Assembly (NCBI RefSeq): GCF_006345805.1
Contig: NC_043000.1
Span: 131,750,001-131,814,000, forward strand
Direction: 5' to 3'
Source: Octopus sinensis
Taxonomy: Eukaryota
DNA: 64,000 nt
Shown: in pieces, positions 25,136-38,080 of the stretch
Layout: every line of letters starts with the position of its first letter
Position numbering within the stretch: position 1 is the first letter of the stretch
Translations under genes and position numbers: made by a program
Notes under the pieces: generated by a model
What the model was told of the DNA's origin: nothing
Seen by the model: the letters and a program-made list of their open reading frames with translations, nothing else
Database searches by the model: none

Positions 25136-26689
25136 TCTTTCACAGGGTGAGAAAGCGAGTCACAACACAGAGTGTTGCAAGATTGCATCCAGACTGCTAC
25201 AAGCAACATTGAGAAGTGCAGAGCAATTGTGGCAGACGAGAAATGCCAAAGAAGGAAAGAGTCATTATCATGGCCCCCATCTGACCAAAGCCTACGTATT
25301 TGCTCCAAGTGCACCAGAGCATGTCATTCAAGGATTGATTTACATAGTCACTTAAGGGCTTGCTACACTTCCTCATGATCTTCAGACACAAAGAATTGCC
25401 ATCATCATCATCATCGCTTAACGTCCATTTTTCATGCAGGCATGAGTTAGACAGTTGACAAGAAGACTACCCCAGACTATTGTGTCTGTTTTGGCAGGGG
25501 TTTTATGATTAGATGCCCTTCCTAACACCAACCATTCCACAGAGTGGACTGATATAATATGATATGCCATATCATATCATATTATATATTATATATTTGT
25601 TATGTAATTTTACATGTGTGTGATGTGTGTATTTGGCACTACTGCTAGTTTATAAGTAGATTTACGTTTTTTATCTAATCTAGTCATACTGAATAACCTA
25701 AAACCCTAAAAACAATGAGATGGCCTTTCTGTGACAACTGTAATAACTTGAAATAAAGGTTTACACTAAAAGCTTAATTTATTCCAGGTGCAATTAATGC
25801 TAAATCACTTACACAGCAATTCAGTCAAGTTTGTAGACAGAACTGACCCATATCTCAAATGATTGGAATTAATTAGATTGAAAACTTTTGATACCAATCT
25901 ACCTTAAACAGCATCTGGTTATATTTTACAAAATGCCTCACTTTCATGCGTTTGTATTTAAATTATAACCTCCAATCATAAATTTTAGATAAGAACATTT
26001 TGTTAATTCATATTCCAAAAAACAATGACACAGCAATTTTAATCTTTGTGCTAACATTAACTCTCTTTGTACAGAATCCACTTCTTTTACTAATATCAAC
26101 AAAGATGTTGCTTCAAATGATGTGTCACCCTATTTAACATAGGAAACTTAATCATGGTTAAAGATAGGTTCTGGTAAGGTCAACAATGGAAAGTTGAATT
26201 TGAATTCAAAATACAGATCAAAATCCATTACATTGAACTTGTACTTCATTTATCAACCTCAAAAGGATTAAAGGCAAAGCTGACTTCAATGAGTTTTGAA
26301 CTCAGAGCACAGAAAACCAGAAGAAATATCACAAGGCTTTCAATTTGATGCTCTAATACTGCTGCCACTTAAAGTCATTCCTTTTATTAAATCATTTAAG
26401 GTTTTAGATTATTTTTTAATAACCGACCAAAGTCATAGGCACAAGTGTGACTGTGTAATTAAGAAGTTCAATTTCACATTACATGTTCAATCCCACTCTA
26501 CTATGTGAATTTTGTATACAGAAACCGAAAGAGCCCCATTGTATAGTTGTGTGTGTGTGTATGTGTGTACATACATCCCACTTCAATGGGTCACACCTTA
26601 CTAGCCAAGCCATATCATTAATGTAACACTACCAGCTTGGCATATTATATTCTCTTCCAGTCATTTGTATTCTCAGTATGATCCTCCAA

Positions 26690-27930
26690 AAAATGGAAAG
26701 TTCTAACAGAATCACCTGTTTTGATGCCTCGAAGATCAGTGCAATATCCAGCCTTAGCAATTTTGAGGCAACAGTTTTTGGGAATTTCAATCACTCCCAT
26801 AAGTCAACTTTCAGTTTTGCACCGTTGATAGTAGGCCCAGAAAGGTGGATCTGGTAGCTGGCATCATCTTCACATCAACCTTGTCATAGGACAGAATGCA
26901 TGCAATGGTTAACCCACTGTGGATGGTGTGTGCTGCAGCCTTCATGAACTGGTCCTGCTTCCAGCAGTGACACCCCTTGCCCATGACTTCTAGATAGCTA
27001 CTGAGGATGATCTCCAGAGTCCCTCTCCTCAAGCACAACTGGCAAACTAATGGTTCCCCATTTCTCCACCAGAACAAGTTTGGATGTGCTCAGTAGGACA
27101 CTAAACTGCCTGGATCAGGAATTTTATCCAGTGAAGCTTTGCTTTCCAAAGTTAAGGTCGTGAGACATTGTGTGCCATTGTTTGTTCCCATCTTAAGCAG
27201 GCTCCTTGATACTACATCTTAACACTTGCTGGCTTGCTTCTTCTCATCTAACTCTTGCACCTCATTCTGGATCAGTAAATTCCTGTCATTTCCTTGCACT
27301 TTGTGATAGTGAAGTGTTGTGCTGCCTTTCCACAAAGTACAACCCCAACTGTTCTCCATTCCCATTCTACTATGAACTCAATACCAGCCTGAAGTCTCAG
27401 TATTACAGTACTTCCTCAGCACAGTTCACCATAAATTCTTCTTTCAAGTTGATGATATGATAGCATCAACTTATTATGTCTACACAAGGTGATACTGCTT
27501 CAACTCTGAGGAAGTTGCAGCTATTTCCACAGGAACCTGCTGAATTTCTTCTCAAAACCTGCTCCTGTGGATATATCAAGAATGTCCAAAAGATCTGTGG
27601 GAGGATACTATACTGGTAAATCCATGCCTTACTTCTCCACTGTGAATATCCAAGTTTCCAATTCTTACTTAGCCACATGGGTGTTGTGTCTTCAGGCTCT
27701 TCACTGGTTTCTTGGAAGATGGCTAGTATATATATGCTAGCAACATAGAAATCAAACTGGCTGCTAACTCTGCTTTTCTTCAATACAAGAGGGCTGAACT
27801 TGATTGTTTTGAAACTCATGCAAACCCCAATCAGAAACTTCTCACAGTTCTTCAAGATCCTCTTCCCCCTCGTAACTGATGTCACTGTTTGGTCATTCAT
27901 AAAAGCCCTGAGGCTAGACACTAGATATGG
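26690..27930 (-). mobile_element. HERO/NeSL-like RLE non-LTR retrotransposon fragment
   Basis: PLVCQLCLRRGTLEIILSSYLEVMGKGCHCWKQDQFMK is a degenerate CxLC..GTLxHILSxC....GRYxWRHDQV. A second diverged piece lies at ~28142-28265. Confidence 0.65.
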
Positions 27931-27970
27931 TAAGTGATCTTCATCCTTTAGATGGAAAAAAAAGTCGAAA

Positions 27971-28038
27971 GCTGCCTGTGGGATCGAAACCTACATCTGT
28001 GCACATGACAGACATGCTAACCATCTTATCAAAGCAAC
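27971..28038 (-). pseudogene. Degenerate tRNA-like cloverleaf (TGT anticodon position)
   Basis: 7-bp acceptor stem gttgctt/aggcagc, 5-bp anticodon stem tctgt/acaga, T-arm gtagg-tttcgat-cccac and a downstream T-run. The D-arm and loops are non-canonical. Confidence 0.4.
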
Positions 28039-28503
28039 ATGCAACACTTTTCTTCATCATTTAAGACGATTTGTTCTTACTGATGTGAATTGGAAGATAT
28101 TTTATATTAAAAAAATTTAGAAACTTAAAGAAATATAGGTTAAGTTTGGATGTGCTCAGTAGGACAGTAAACTATTTGGATCAAGAAGTGAAGTTCTGCT
28201 CTCCAAAGTTAAGGCGATAAAACTTTGTGTGCCATTGCTTGTTCCCATCTGCAATAGACTTCTTGGAGTAGGATAATACTATAAATAAAAGTGTGTAGAA
28301 TATTAGGTTTAAAAAAATAGTTTCTGTGGGATTCGAACCCACTCAAATGTGTTCTCTCTCTCGTTATACATTGTATAGGACATAGAAGAGACAAAACCAC
28401 AATCGATTTTCATTACCTGTAATGTTTGCTGTAATTGACCTTAGTGACTTTCCTTGTTTTTTTTCTTTTCTTTATAGCTATAGATCTTCTTGTTAAAAAT
28501 GCA

Positions 28504-28931
28504 GGCAATCTTTCGTCTCTAGTAGACCTTTCCGTCGATTTCCGTAAACATTTTTTTTTTTTTACAATATGGGCTTGCGGGAACTTTTGAAGTAATGAGA
28601 GCGAAAGAGACTAAGAGAAAGCGATTGTATGACGAGGGAAGTTCTTTTGAAGTTACCGTGCATGGGAGCATTGATGTACATGTGTGTGTGTGTGTGTGTG
28701 TGTTTGATGGGGTGTGGGAGACAGACAGTATGTTGTGTAAGTGAAGTGCTTCTGTTAGTGTGTGTGAAGAGACAGAGTAATGTGTGAAAGAAAGAGATAA
28801 CTGAAATTTTTTACTCGGTGTATGTGTATATGTATGTATATTACTTCAAAAGTTCCCGCAAGCCCATATGTAAAAAAAAATTTTTTTTTACGGAAATCGA
28901 CGGAAAGGTCTACTAGAGACGAAAGATCTCC
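28504..28931. mobile_element. Merlin-like MITE (428 bp, ~90-bp TIRs)
   Basis: GG...CC termini, long TIRs (atctttcgtctctagtagacc...gaagtaa) and 8-bp TSD AAAATGCA at 28496-28503 and 28932-28939. Confidence 0.8.
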
Positions 28932-30091
28932 AAAATGCATTCCAGGAATCCACTCTAGTATTTAGTATCTTATTTTAAAGGCCTCGGGAAAATGAAATAC
29001 AAAGTTGATTTCGGCGAGAGCTAAAATAAATACTCCAGGTATTTTGTCTGAAGCTTTATCGATTATACCAATCCATTTCATTCTAATCCAAACAATTTCA
29101 TTGATCATTTGTTTGTAATCGAATATATCAAATCTGATCTAGCAGACCAATGGCCAAAGATGTCCCAGTCGCGATCGCCCTTGTACATCAAAGACTATAT
29201 TGACTGCTATAGTTAGCAAATCGAGGGGATGGGAGAAACCGTGAGGACGTTAAACAAAATACAGCCGTTATTTAAATACAAACCTAAACGTTCTGAGTTC
29301 AAATCTTGCTGATGTCACCTGTGTCTTTTATCCTCTCGGGATCGATAAAATAAAGAACTCTACTGTAGAATACTGGATCAAAACAATGAAAGGAATGTCT
29401 ACTTCTTTTGAAAAATTCGAAATGCTGAAACATACATATTTACACTTCAGATGCAAACGAAATATATTTATACACTTATAATGATAAACCTGGTCATCAA
29501 GCGAATTGAAGACACCGAGAAAACTTCGTAGGATAATGATGTTACTTTCAATGATGTTGATGTAATATTCCTATAAATATCTTAAAGGTGAATGAAAGTA
29601 CAAAAGATAACGCTGACCACGTTGGCAGGCGATCCAAAGCGTTATGTCAAACATGCATGTGACAAAACGGTAGAATCAATAAAATAAATCAAAATCATTT
29701 TATAAACAAAATATAGGACTGATCAAGATTTAATTTAGAGTTTTAAATAGTGAAACCATAAGTGGTGTGGTTTCACTATTATAAAACCATAAGTGGTTAC
29801 ATATACGATATTAGAAATTAAATATAACTTACAATCATTTGTAATTTCAACAAAAAGCTGCGACGGTAAAATTTAGTGATAAGCCAAGCATAGATTGAAT
29901 TTTGATGTGAATTATTTACATCGTCAAGTTTTGCAGGGAGAGAACATATTCAAAAATAATATTTCCGGTCTTAAACTTATCTCCCTTCATAATCCCGTTG
30001 TTTAACGCTTGGTCAACATTGATCGTGTCGGCCGATTATTAAATGCATTTTTCATGTGTTTGTATTTAAATTATAACCTCCAATCATAAAT

Positions 30092-30230
30092 TGTTCTCCA
30101 TTCCCATTCTACTATGAACTCAATACCAGCCTGAAGTCTCAGTATTACAGTACTTCCTCAGCACAGTTCACCATAAATTCTTCTTTCAAGTTGATGATAT
30201 GATAGCATCAACTTATTATGTCTACACAAG
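30092..30230 (+). repeat. Identical 139-bp copy of 27350-27488 (HERO fragment)
   Basis: Base-for-base identity by inspection. Confidence 0.9.
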
Positions 30231-31409
30231 ATGTAGTCTTTTTCGTATTATCTCATACTACATTAGCCAATGTCTTTTCTTACTGAAAATAAACTAGGCT
30301 GAATACCTTGTTGACTTGTTATTCCTTGTTTCTGATTTTTTATTACCCACAAGGGGCTGTTATTCCTTGTTTCTTTAGCAATCTCATTTACCTTATCTCC
30401 CTCTCACCATTGTTATGTCAATCTCAATTGAAGATTTTCCAGCCATGCGTTTTATATTTCAAATTATTTTACTTTTATTTGCTGCACCTAGAGGAAGAGG
30501 TATTGCCATAGCTTTAGTAGGCCCTTTTAGAGGGGTAAGATTCATACCATTAACATTCCTTTCGAACCTCGTTAGTGAACACCTGCGACAAAAATATGAT
30601 CAAGAAGGGTACTCCAGTCGGTTGATATTCAGGCGAAAAAGGGTAATTAGAGTGGACCTGGAGTGAAGGGGGATTAAACGAGTAAAAGAATAAAGGAATG
30701 ATTCTTTATTTTATTTGATATAATTTTTTGACAAAAAAAAGACGAAGAAAAGAAAAAAGATACGATATAGAAGTAAATAAACATCAATATAGCACCAAGT
30801 GCTTCAAGTAGTCAAACGAAACCTATTGAAGCAAGCCCGCAGCATTACCACAGGCGATGTTGGGACGAAGGCGTTCGAAAAGCCAAGCGCCCTTACGGGC
30901 ATCAGCTGGCACCTCGGTAAGGTGAGCTGCAAATAATGACAAGAACTTCGGGCTTAGTGGTCAAGTCCCTACAAACATCTCGAACGCCAGAGGTTGAAAG
31001 AGATAGTTCACACTGCCAGCTCACGGAACAAGCATATGAATTTTTTAAAAAACTAACGCGACTATTATTCCTTTTATAGAGTCACTGAATTTGCAAATCG
31101 TTTAAAGTATCGGAGAGAATGTTTTGCAGTATTTGTTCCTGTTCTCTCTGATTAACAGCGAAAATGACATGAAAGCTATTTTCATCATCTTATAGGAAAA
31201 CTTTAGTAAACTTAAATAGACGACTATCACTCTCAACAAGGTTCATGGTTGAAGAAAAGACTTACAAGAGGTTCCCATCCGTTAGATTTTGTTAATCTGC
31301 GTATGCTTTCTGTATTCCTTAATGATAGTAAATCGAATCCACTTTGTTTTATTATATTATATTCGATTCAATTTCTTAAAAAATTGTTTAACTTCAACAA
31401 AAAAAAAAA

Positions 31410-31528
31410 TGCTTACAGCACCTAGGGTTCCCAAGCGGTCACCCATCTAAGTACTAACTAGGCTCGATGTTGCTTAACTTCGGTGATCGGACGAGAACCG
31501 GTGTTTTCAACGTGATATGGCCGTAAGC
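31410..31528 (-). rRNA. 5S_rRNA: 5S rRNA (type A, intact, array edge)
   Basis: 119-nt canonical 5S followed by a T-run terminator. Confidence 0.95.
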
Positions 31529-32089
31529 AGCAAAGTTGTAAATTTTACTATATTTATTCTATAAACTGATACTAAAACTTCTTATTTTAGAATTTACATT
31601 TTTTTATATTCGTTTACTACACATTATTTAACACATATTACACTTTTTTTTTTTCATTTTTGTGAACTAGTCCAACACTAGATAGAAATTAACAACGCGA
31701 AATGTGAAATGTTTCTGCTAATGATCAACGTGTAAGGAAGGTAGTAGCCTGACTTGCTGCTGTATAGTGTGTTTTAGGTAAATAAAAACTCAAATGACCC
31801 TAACAATGACTACGAAATATTCATAGTCGTGATGTAGTTGAAATTAAATTGGGCAATATTTCGGTATTTGAATATGACGGCAATTTTGAGTAAATGTTGA
31901 TGCGAGTGTGTGTTTAACTGTACAGCTCTGTGAAGAAGATGAGACATAATATCACAGACTCACTCATGACATCATAAAATTGTTAACGAAAGATTGTGCT
32001 AAATTGTATGTTAATTTTAAAGAGAATGAACTTATTCTAAAATAAGAAGTTTTAGTATGAGTTTATAGAATAAATATATTAAAATTTAC

Positions 32090-32137
32090 TTAGTACTTAG
32101 ATGGGTGACCGCTTGGGAACCCTAGGTGCTGTAAGCA
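32090..32137 (+). pseudogene. 5S_rRNA: 5'-deleted 5S rRNA (nt 72-119)
   Basis: The upstream spacer joins directly to ttagtacttagatggg; nt 1-71 are missing. Confidence 0.9.
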
Positions 32138-32576
32138 TTCCATATCCTTTTTTTTATTTTTTTATTTTGACTATATTAAACAGTAAAACAAAGCAGATTC
32201 GATTTACTTTCGTTCCAATTATAGAATATGTACCGCCGTAGCTAGTATTCGGTTTACTTTCGTTATGGAATACAGAAAGCATGAGCAAATTAACAAAATC
32301 CAGCGAGTGGGAGCCTCTTGTAAAACTTTTCCTTATCCATGAATTTTGTTGACAGTGATAATCGTCTGCTGAAGTTTTTTCCCATGAAGATGTTGAAAAT
32401 AGCTTTCATATCATGATTGTTGTACGACCATCAACCAGAGAGGAGAGGAACAAATACCGCAAAACATTTTCTGCGATACTTTATCGATTTGCTTCGTTAA
32501 CTTTAGTAAGGGAGATAATTGCGCGCTAGCTGAACATGTGTTCTATCATATTACTTTGACTAATAAATATAACTGA

Positions 32577-33440
32577 TTTTTTTATTTACCATAAAGGTTG
32601 AGACAAAGAGAGGACAGACAAAGGGGTCGGGGGGACGGAATTAGATGACAAGGTAAAAAAATCTAAGATGATTGATAAAATAAGATGCCGATGATGGAGT
32701 GAGGGATGGGTGCGACCCCATAAACCACGTTCCTCAACTGAACCCTTTAAGAGACTTTTATATTCTCCCTTAAGCAGACACATTTACTCTTTACATTCTT
32801 GACCCTTCCATGTTTTCACATATGTACTCTCCAACTTAAATTAGCTTTTTAAGATGGAAATTATAAAAGCTTGCTAAACCGAGACTGGAGATGAAGATGC
32901 CTGTCAGTAAACTTTTCATATGTGTCCTCCACACTACCTCTTTTGCCACAGCCACTACAGAGAGAAAACAGACCTTGTCTTCCCTGTTCTGAGAGCACGG
33001 TGGAACAATCTTTATTATAAATTCGGGAGACAGCTTTACTTTTCCTAAACGTGACAGCAGTTGTTCAACCCAAAATTCCGAAAGTTTCGAGCTCTGCACA
33101 ATTGCGTGCAGAGCAGTTTCACTACTCTGCGCGCATCTTGGGCAAGTGGGCGAGCATGAAGAACCGTGCCTGGCGAATTTATCTCGAACTGGTAAGGCTC
33201 CTCGGTAACACAGCCAAGCCAGAGACTTTTGGAAGTTATCCACCGGCCCAGGCACAAATGTTGTTCGGAACAGACCGGCAAGTTGAGCATCATTGAAGCC
33301 CAGGGTTACCCACAGAGCGTCGTCATACTTGGCCTCTACTATCCCTCTATAGAATGACGAGGTGGAACATCGCCGCCGGGATTACTCGTCCGGGAGAGAA
33401 GCGCGAGTGCCTTACGACACTTGACTTGCCACGCTCCCAA
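32577..33440 (-). mobile_element. 5'-truncated Tx1/L1-clade LINE in 5S spacer
   Basis: zf-RVT-like WLCYRGALPVRDK...CPRCAQSSETALHAIVQ; AATAAA plus an A-tail at ~32577-32590. Confidence 0.75.
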
Positions 33441-33479
33441 CAGTGCCTACGCTTAAACCTTCGAAGGTTTATTTAGTGG

Positions 33480-34560
33480 AATACACTGGTTTTCATCTGT
33501 TAATTCACAACAAGGACCTCAGACAGATGATACTTTCCTTAAGATGTGCACTGCGCCCAATAAGGCTGCTTTTTGCAAGACATCAATCTTGCATGGGATT
33601 TCCACTTGTCTTAGGAAGTCTCGAAGTTTCAATAGGATTGAGACCAAAGCTCCGATCACTACTGGTATCACTTGTACATTACTCTTTCGCATTCCATACA
33701 GTCTTGCCATTTCCATTTTCAATTCGGAGTACTTGGTGATTTTTTCAACCTCTTTACTCACAATATACATGCTATTTGGTATGGCTACATCAATGATCTG
33801 ACAGTATTTGTTTCTCTTATTCAATACTAGCAGTATCGCCCGGCGTTGCTCGGGTTTGTAAGGGAAATAACTATAAAGCATTTTTAGAGAGTTATAGCCA
33901 AAAAAATGGAAAAAAAATGATTGTAAATTTTTTTTAGTTAAAAAGGTCGAGTTGCGTCTCCTAGACAGTCTGTGGTTTGTGTTTCTGATTCTCGACCCCA
34001 TGTCGAATTTATCGATTTTTTTCAGAACTGGGGGAACTTTTCAAAATTTTCCCTGCGTTAGTTTTGAATTATGACATTGGGCTATGTGTGTGTCAAGTTT
34101 CATCAGAATCGGTTGAAAGCCATGGTCAGGGTGACGGTACAACCTGACAGACACACAGACAAACTGCCGTTTATATAGAGAGAGATGACAATATCTGGCA
34201 GACGGTGTTCGATTACACGATCCGTCTGAAAATCATAGTGCCAGGGTATCGTTACTTTTCCATCCTCCTGCATAACTTTACTTGGTACATGCCCATACCA
34301 GTTCTCTGTTACTTCATATTGGTATTTACAGCATAAGAGCCAATGAAGATACACACTCACATTATCGATGCAGCGCTTGTATTCTTTTTGTACAAGGCTC
34401 TCACATCCACTTACCAACTGGGTCACATTTTCCACACTCTTTCCACAGAGTCTGCATTTCTGGGTGTCAGAAGTTTTATAGATGTTATACTTCACTGACT
34501 TGGTAGCAAGAGCCTGATCTTGTGCAGCAATGATTAGGCTTTCGGTGGCACGCTTCAAAT
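33480..34560 (-). mobile_element. R4/Dong-like RLE retrotransposon 3' fragment, split by a Helitron
   Basis: IIAAQDQAL..CRLC...LVSGC..RLPDIV|ILNKRNKYCQIIDVAIP..EKITKY..LQKAALLGAVHILRKV. Confidence 0.85.
33827..34185 (-). mobile_element. Non-autonomous Helitron (359 bp)
   Basis: 5'-TC...CTAG-3', subterminal hairpin CCCG-N8-CGGG, inserted between A and T with no TSD; removing it restores the host ORF. Confidence 0.85.
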
Positions 34561-34562
34561 CA

Positions 34563-34645
34563 CATTATATTATTATGATTATTATTATTATTTATTATTA
34601 TTATTATTATTATTATTGTTATTATTATTATCATTATCATTATCA

Positions 34646-34700
<55 letters not shown>
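34563..34700 (+). repeat. (ATT)n microsatellite
   Basis: Direct inspection. Confidence 0.95.
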
Positions 34701-34749
34701 TATTTATATATATATATATTTTTAAATTTTTTATCTCTAAAAGATACCC

Positions 34750-35880
34750 AACCACCAAATAGTCACCTTGCAAGTTTTGAAGACGAATTGTAGAAAATTA
34801 TTAAAAATGTTAAATTTAAGAAATATCCCCGCAGAGGAAATGAGCACTTCAGGATGCTTAAATCTATAGTATCAGAACTTAAAAGTAAAAAAGGGATAAG
34901 CGTACACTCGAACAAGTTTGGCACCTTGTATAATCTGGAAATAAGTTATTATCATGAACTATTAAAAAACGAAATTACTAAAAGTTATAATACAACTAAT
35001 TAAAAATGTGTTAAGAACTACCAACTTAATATCCAAACAGATAATGGAGAATTACAAATTGGGTAACAGAATTGAACCCTTTGTTCCTAAAAGACCTACA
35101 TTTATTTCAAAGGATCACAAGGACAATTTTTATGGAAACCTTAAAGATTGATTTGCCCGAGGAAATCTGATTTGGATAGACTAAGTAAGGCTATTTTAGA
35201 TAAGTATATACCGGTCCCTAAAAAAACTTTGGTCTAATACCAACGAAGTAATAAATTGGCTTAATGGCATTAAATACAAAAGTAGAAGTTTATACAAGTA
35301 GATATTGATAGTTATTGCTCTTCGACTAACCAAGTAGTTTTAAACAAGGCCCTTTTTTGCTCGCGAGAAAAAAAAACTGGAATCACAATGTGGAGGAAAT
35401 TAACGTCATTTTAGACGCTAGGAAAACAGTTAAAATTTTGAAAACCAGTATTAGATTAAAAAAGATAGTTGACAGCTTTGATATTGTTATGGGTTCCGCG
35501 TATTCTGCGCAAGTTACAGATATAGTAGGCATTGTACTTTATCTTAGAAAAAGGATTTTCTTGAACTTACGGGAGGTTTATATAGGGACGATGCCCTTTT
35601 TACCATTAGGAACCTATCTAGTAGAAAATTAGAAGAGTACAAGAAATTTTATAGGTTTTGTTTTAAAAAAAACTTTTAGACTCTCCATAAGGATTGGAAA
35701 TGAATGAGTCGGTTAACTTCATAGATGTTAACCTCAACCTCATTACTGGCAACTATGAACCATGCCACAAGCCTAACTCCAATCTTAAATATATAAATAC
35801 TAGAAGTAACCATACCGGAATCTCATGCAATCAGGAAATTAGTATTTTGAAAGAATTGTTTGTTGTTAGTTGTGGTCAAT
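34750..35880 (+). mobile_element. Decayed Penelope-like RT fragment
   Basis: FDIVMGSAYSAQVTDIVG and VNFIDVNLNLITGNYEPCHKPNSNLKYINTRSNH resemble Penelope RT motifs (MGS.D, NFLDV, YI...SNHP). Confidence 0.7.
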
Positions 35881-36299
35881 GAAAAGTGAAATATACCACG
35901 CTGAAAACACCAATTTTTGTCACACGATCGAAGTGAAACCTATTAATTCATGGTAGAATGTGTCAAGTTCCATCACCGTTTACAATATTGTTCCAATTGT
36001 TTTCAAATTTGGTATATGGATTAAATTTCTCTTGCTGAAGAATAAGGAGAGTCTTTACGATGCTGTCTTTGCTATACTGAAAATATGCATTTGCCCAAAG
36101 AGATATTCAATGATTCAATGGCAGTGAGGTCTAGTACTTGAAGAGATTGTGAGGATTCAGGTTGCATGCTATTCATCATTAAGGTAGAGGTGTGAGTGAT
36201 GACTCATGTTCTTTGCTATTCCAAGCACCATGGATTCCTGCAGCAGCTTGGTGCCACTAGCGTATCTTGTAGCAGTGAGAGGAGTGGTGCACTCCGGGC

Positions 36300-36870
36300 G
36301 TCACTTTTGATTCTGATGTATTAGTCTGTATAGGCTTGGGGTCTGGAGAAGAGGGAGAAAACTTGCGGGGTTTATTAAATGACAAAGGGATTTATCCCAA
36401 TATCAAAGAAAGGTCACTTCCAACTCTTGTGTCCCTGTATATTAAACCTCTTGTAGGACAGCTGTTTTGCTTGAAACACAGATGAGGTATAGCTTTATGA
36501 AACAATGCAAAAGTGTTTTTCAATTCATTAAAGACTCTTGATCTCACGAAAGTAGTTCCACTCAACACCTCATAATATCATTATTCTGCCCAGAAATAAA
36601 GAGGGTATTATGGAACAGTGGAGAGAATCGTTATTCACAAAACTCACTTATCCTCCCACTGTAAATACTGCGACCTCGAAAACAGAGATTAATCTTAGAA
36701 ATAAAATTACGTCCTCTAGCTCCCTTGGAATTTTCATCTCTTGTAGTGTCTCTTTCAAAGCAGATAGCTACATGCATTAGCATATATAAATAGTTGCTGC
36801 GTCGTTTTCGATCCCGTAACAGATATCGGTGTATCAAGTTGTACTCTCATCCCTCCTATATAGATGTGAA
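36300..36870 (-). mobile_element. Possible Penelope GIY-YIG endonuclease remnant
   Basis: NFISKINLCFRGRSIYSGRISE loosely resembles NVIYKIxC..CxxxYIGxT. Confidence 0.35.
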
Positions 36871-37400
36871 ATCTGGATGCTCTACAAAGATCGGTCCTCT
36901 CTCCCAACCCTCGTTCTAGTGTGCGCATTTTTTCTTTTGATATTCGTTTACAAGTTATTTTACATCTATAACACTATTTTTCTTTTGGCTGTGGTGAGAT
37001 GACTCGGAACATTCACGATGTGAACTTTCCGAGTCCTCTCCTCCACATTTTTTTTTTCATATTCCTTTACAGCAAGTTTTTTTACACCTATTACACTATT
37101 TTTTCTTCTTTTCTTTTTCTTTGTTCGGGTCAAACCCTTTATTTTCTGTAGATGACTCGAAAACTTTTAGCAGGACGATAACAGCATCAATCTTACCGGC
37201 AACGAAAGTCTCTAAAGGCCGTGAAATCATCTTTTCCGGGAACAAGCATATAAAATTTTTGTTCGTTATATGAGCATACTAGCAGCATAACCCAGCCTTG
37301 CCTGATATTAAGTTACGATTATTAAGCTAATCAAGTTCTTTATTTCAAACTAAACTAAGTAATATAGACGTCAAATTTGGGCGAAATCCTTTGAAATTAG

Positions 37401-37482
<82 letters not shown>

Positions 37483-37500
37483 ATATAATATAAATATATA
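37401..37500 (+). repeat. (TA)n microsatellite
   Basis: Direct inspection. Confidence 0.95.
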
Positions 37501-38080
37501 TGGGCAACAGACAAGAAGAACACACATACACACACGTACGTACGTACACCTAGTGCATGTTTTGTGCACGCATACATGTTCATAAACAGAAATGAATGGA
37601 AAAAATGTTAAATTTGTAGATTAACACTCGCACGATTTTCACTAAAGTATATATACTATGATTATAAAATATAGTGTCTTTCAAAAACAAAAAACAAAAC
37701 ATTTTACATTTTATTTTTTTATGAACGTCATAACTTACTCTCTCTGTCTCTCCCTCTCTCACTTTGTCTTTCCCGTGAAACTCTCTCCTTCCTTCTTCCA
37801 CTTTTCTTTATTTTTTGTTAGACGCCATCAAAAAAGCTAAGGCTGATATTTTCGTGGCTAAAAGCTATGTCTGAAAATAGATATTTACGCTATCCACGGG
37901 TGCCTTGCAGAAAAAAATAAGATGACAAAACCCAGAAAGAATGTTGACAAATGTCCTCCTAAAATTGGAGAGACATGTGTGCTAATTTGTGGACATGCAC
38001 AAATTACAATCACGTACACACATACATCCTCCCTTTTATAGACATGATGATAAAATGTTTGTTCGTTATATAAGTATATG

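Noticed and set aside
29746-29797. 13-bp perfect hairpin plus a 14-bp direct repeat
   Set aside because: Most simply a small template-switch scar; nothing suggests function.
30400-31020. GC-richer, CpG-containing patches before the first 5S gene
   Set aside because: Possibly a retroelement remnant or promoter, but no diagnostic feature was found to support a call.
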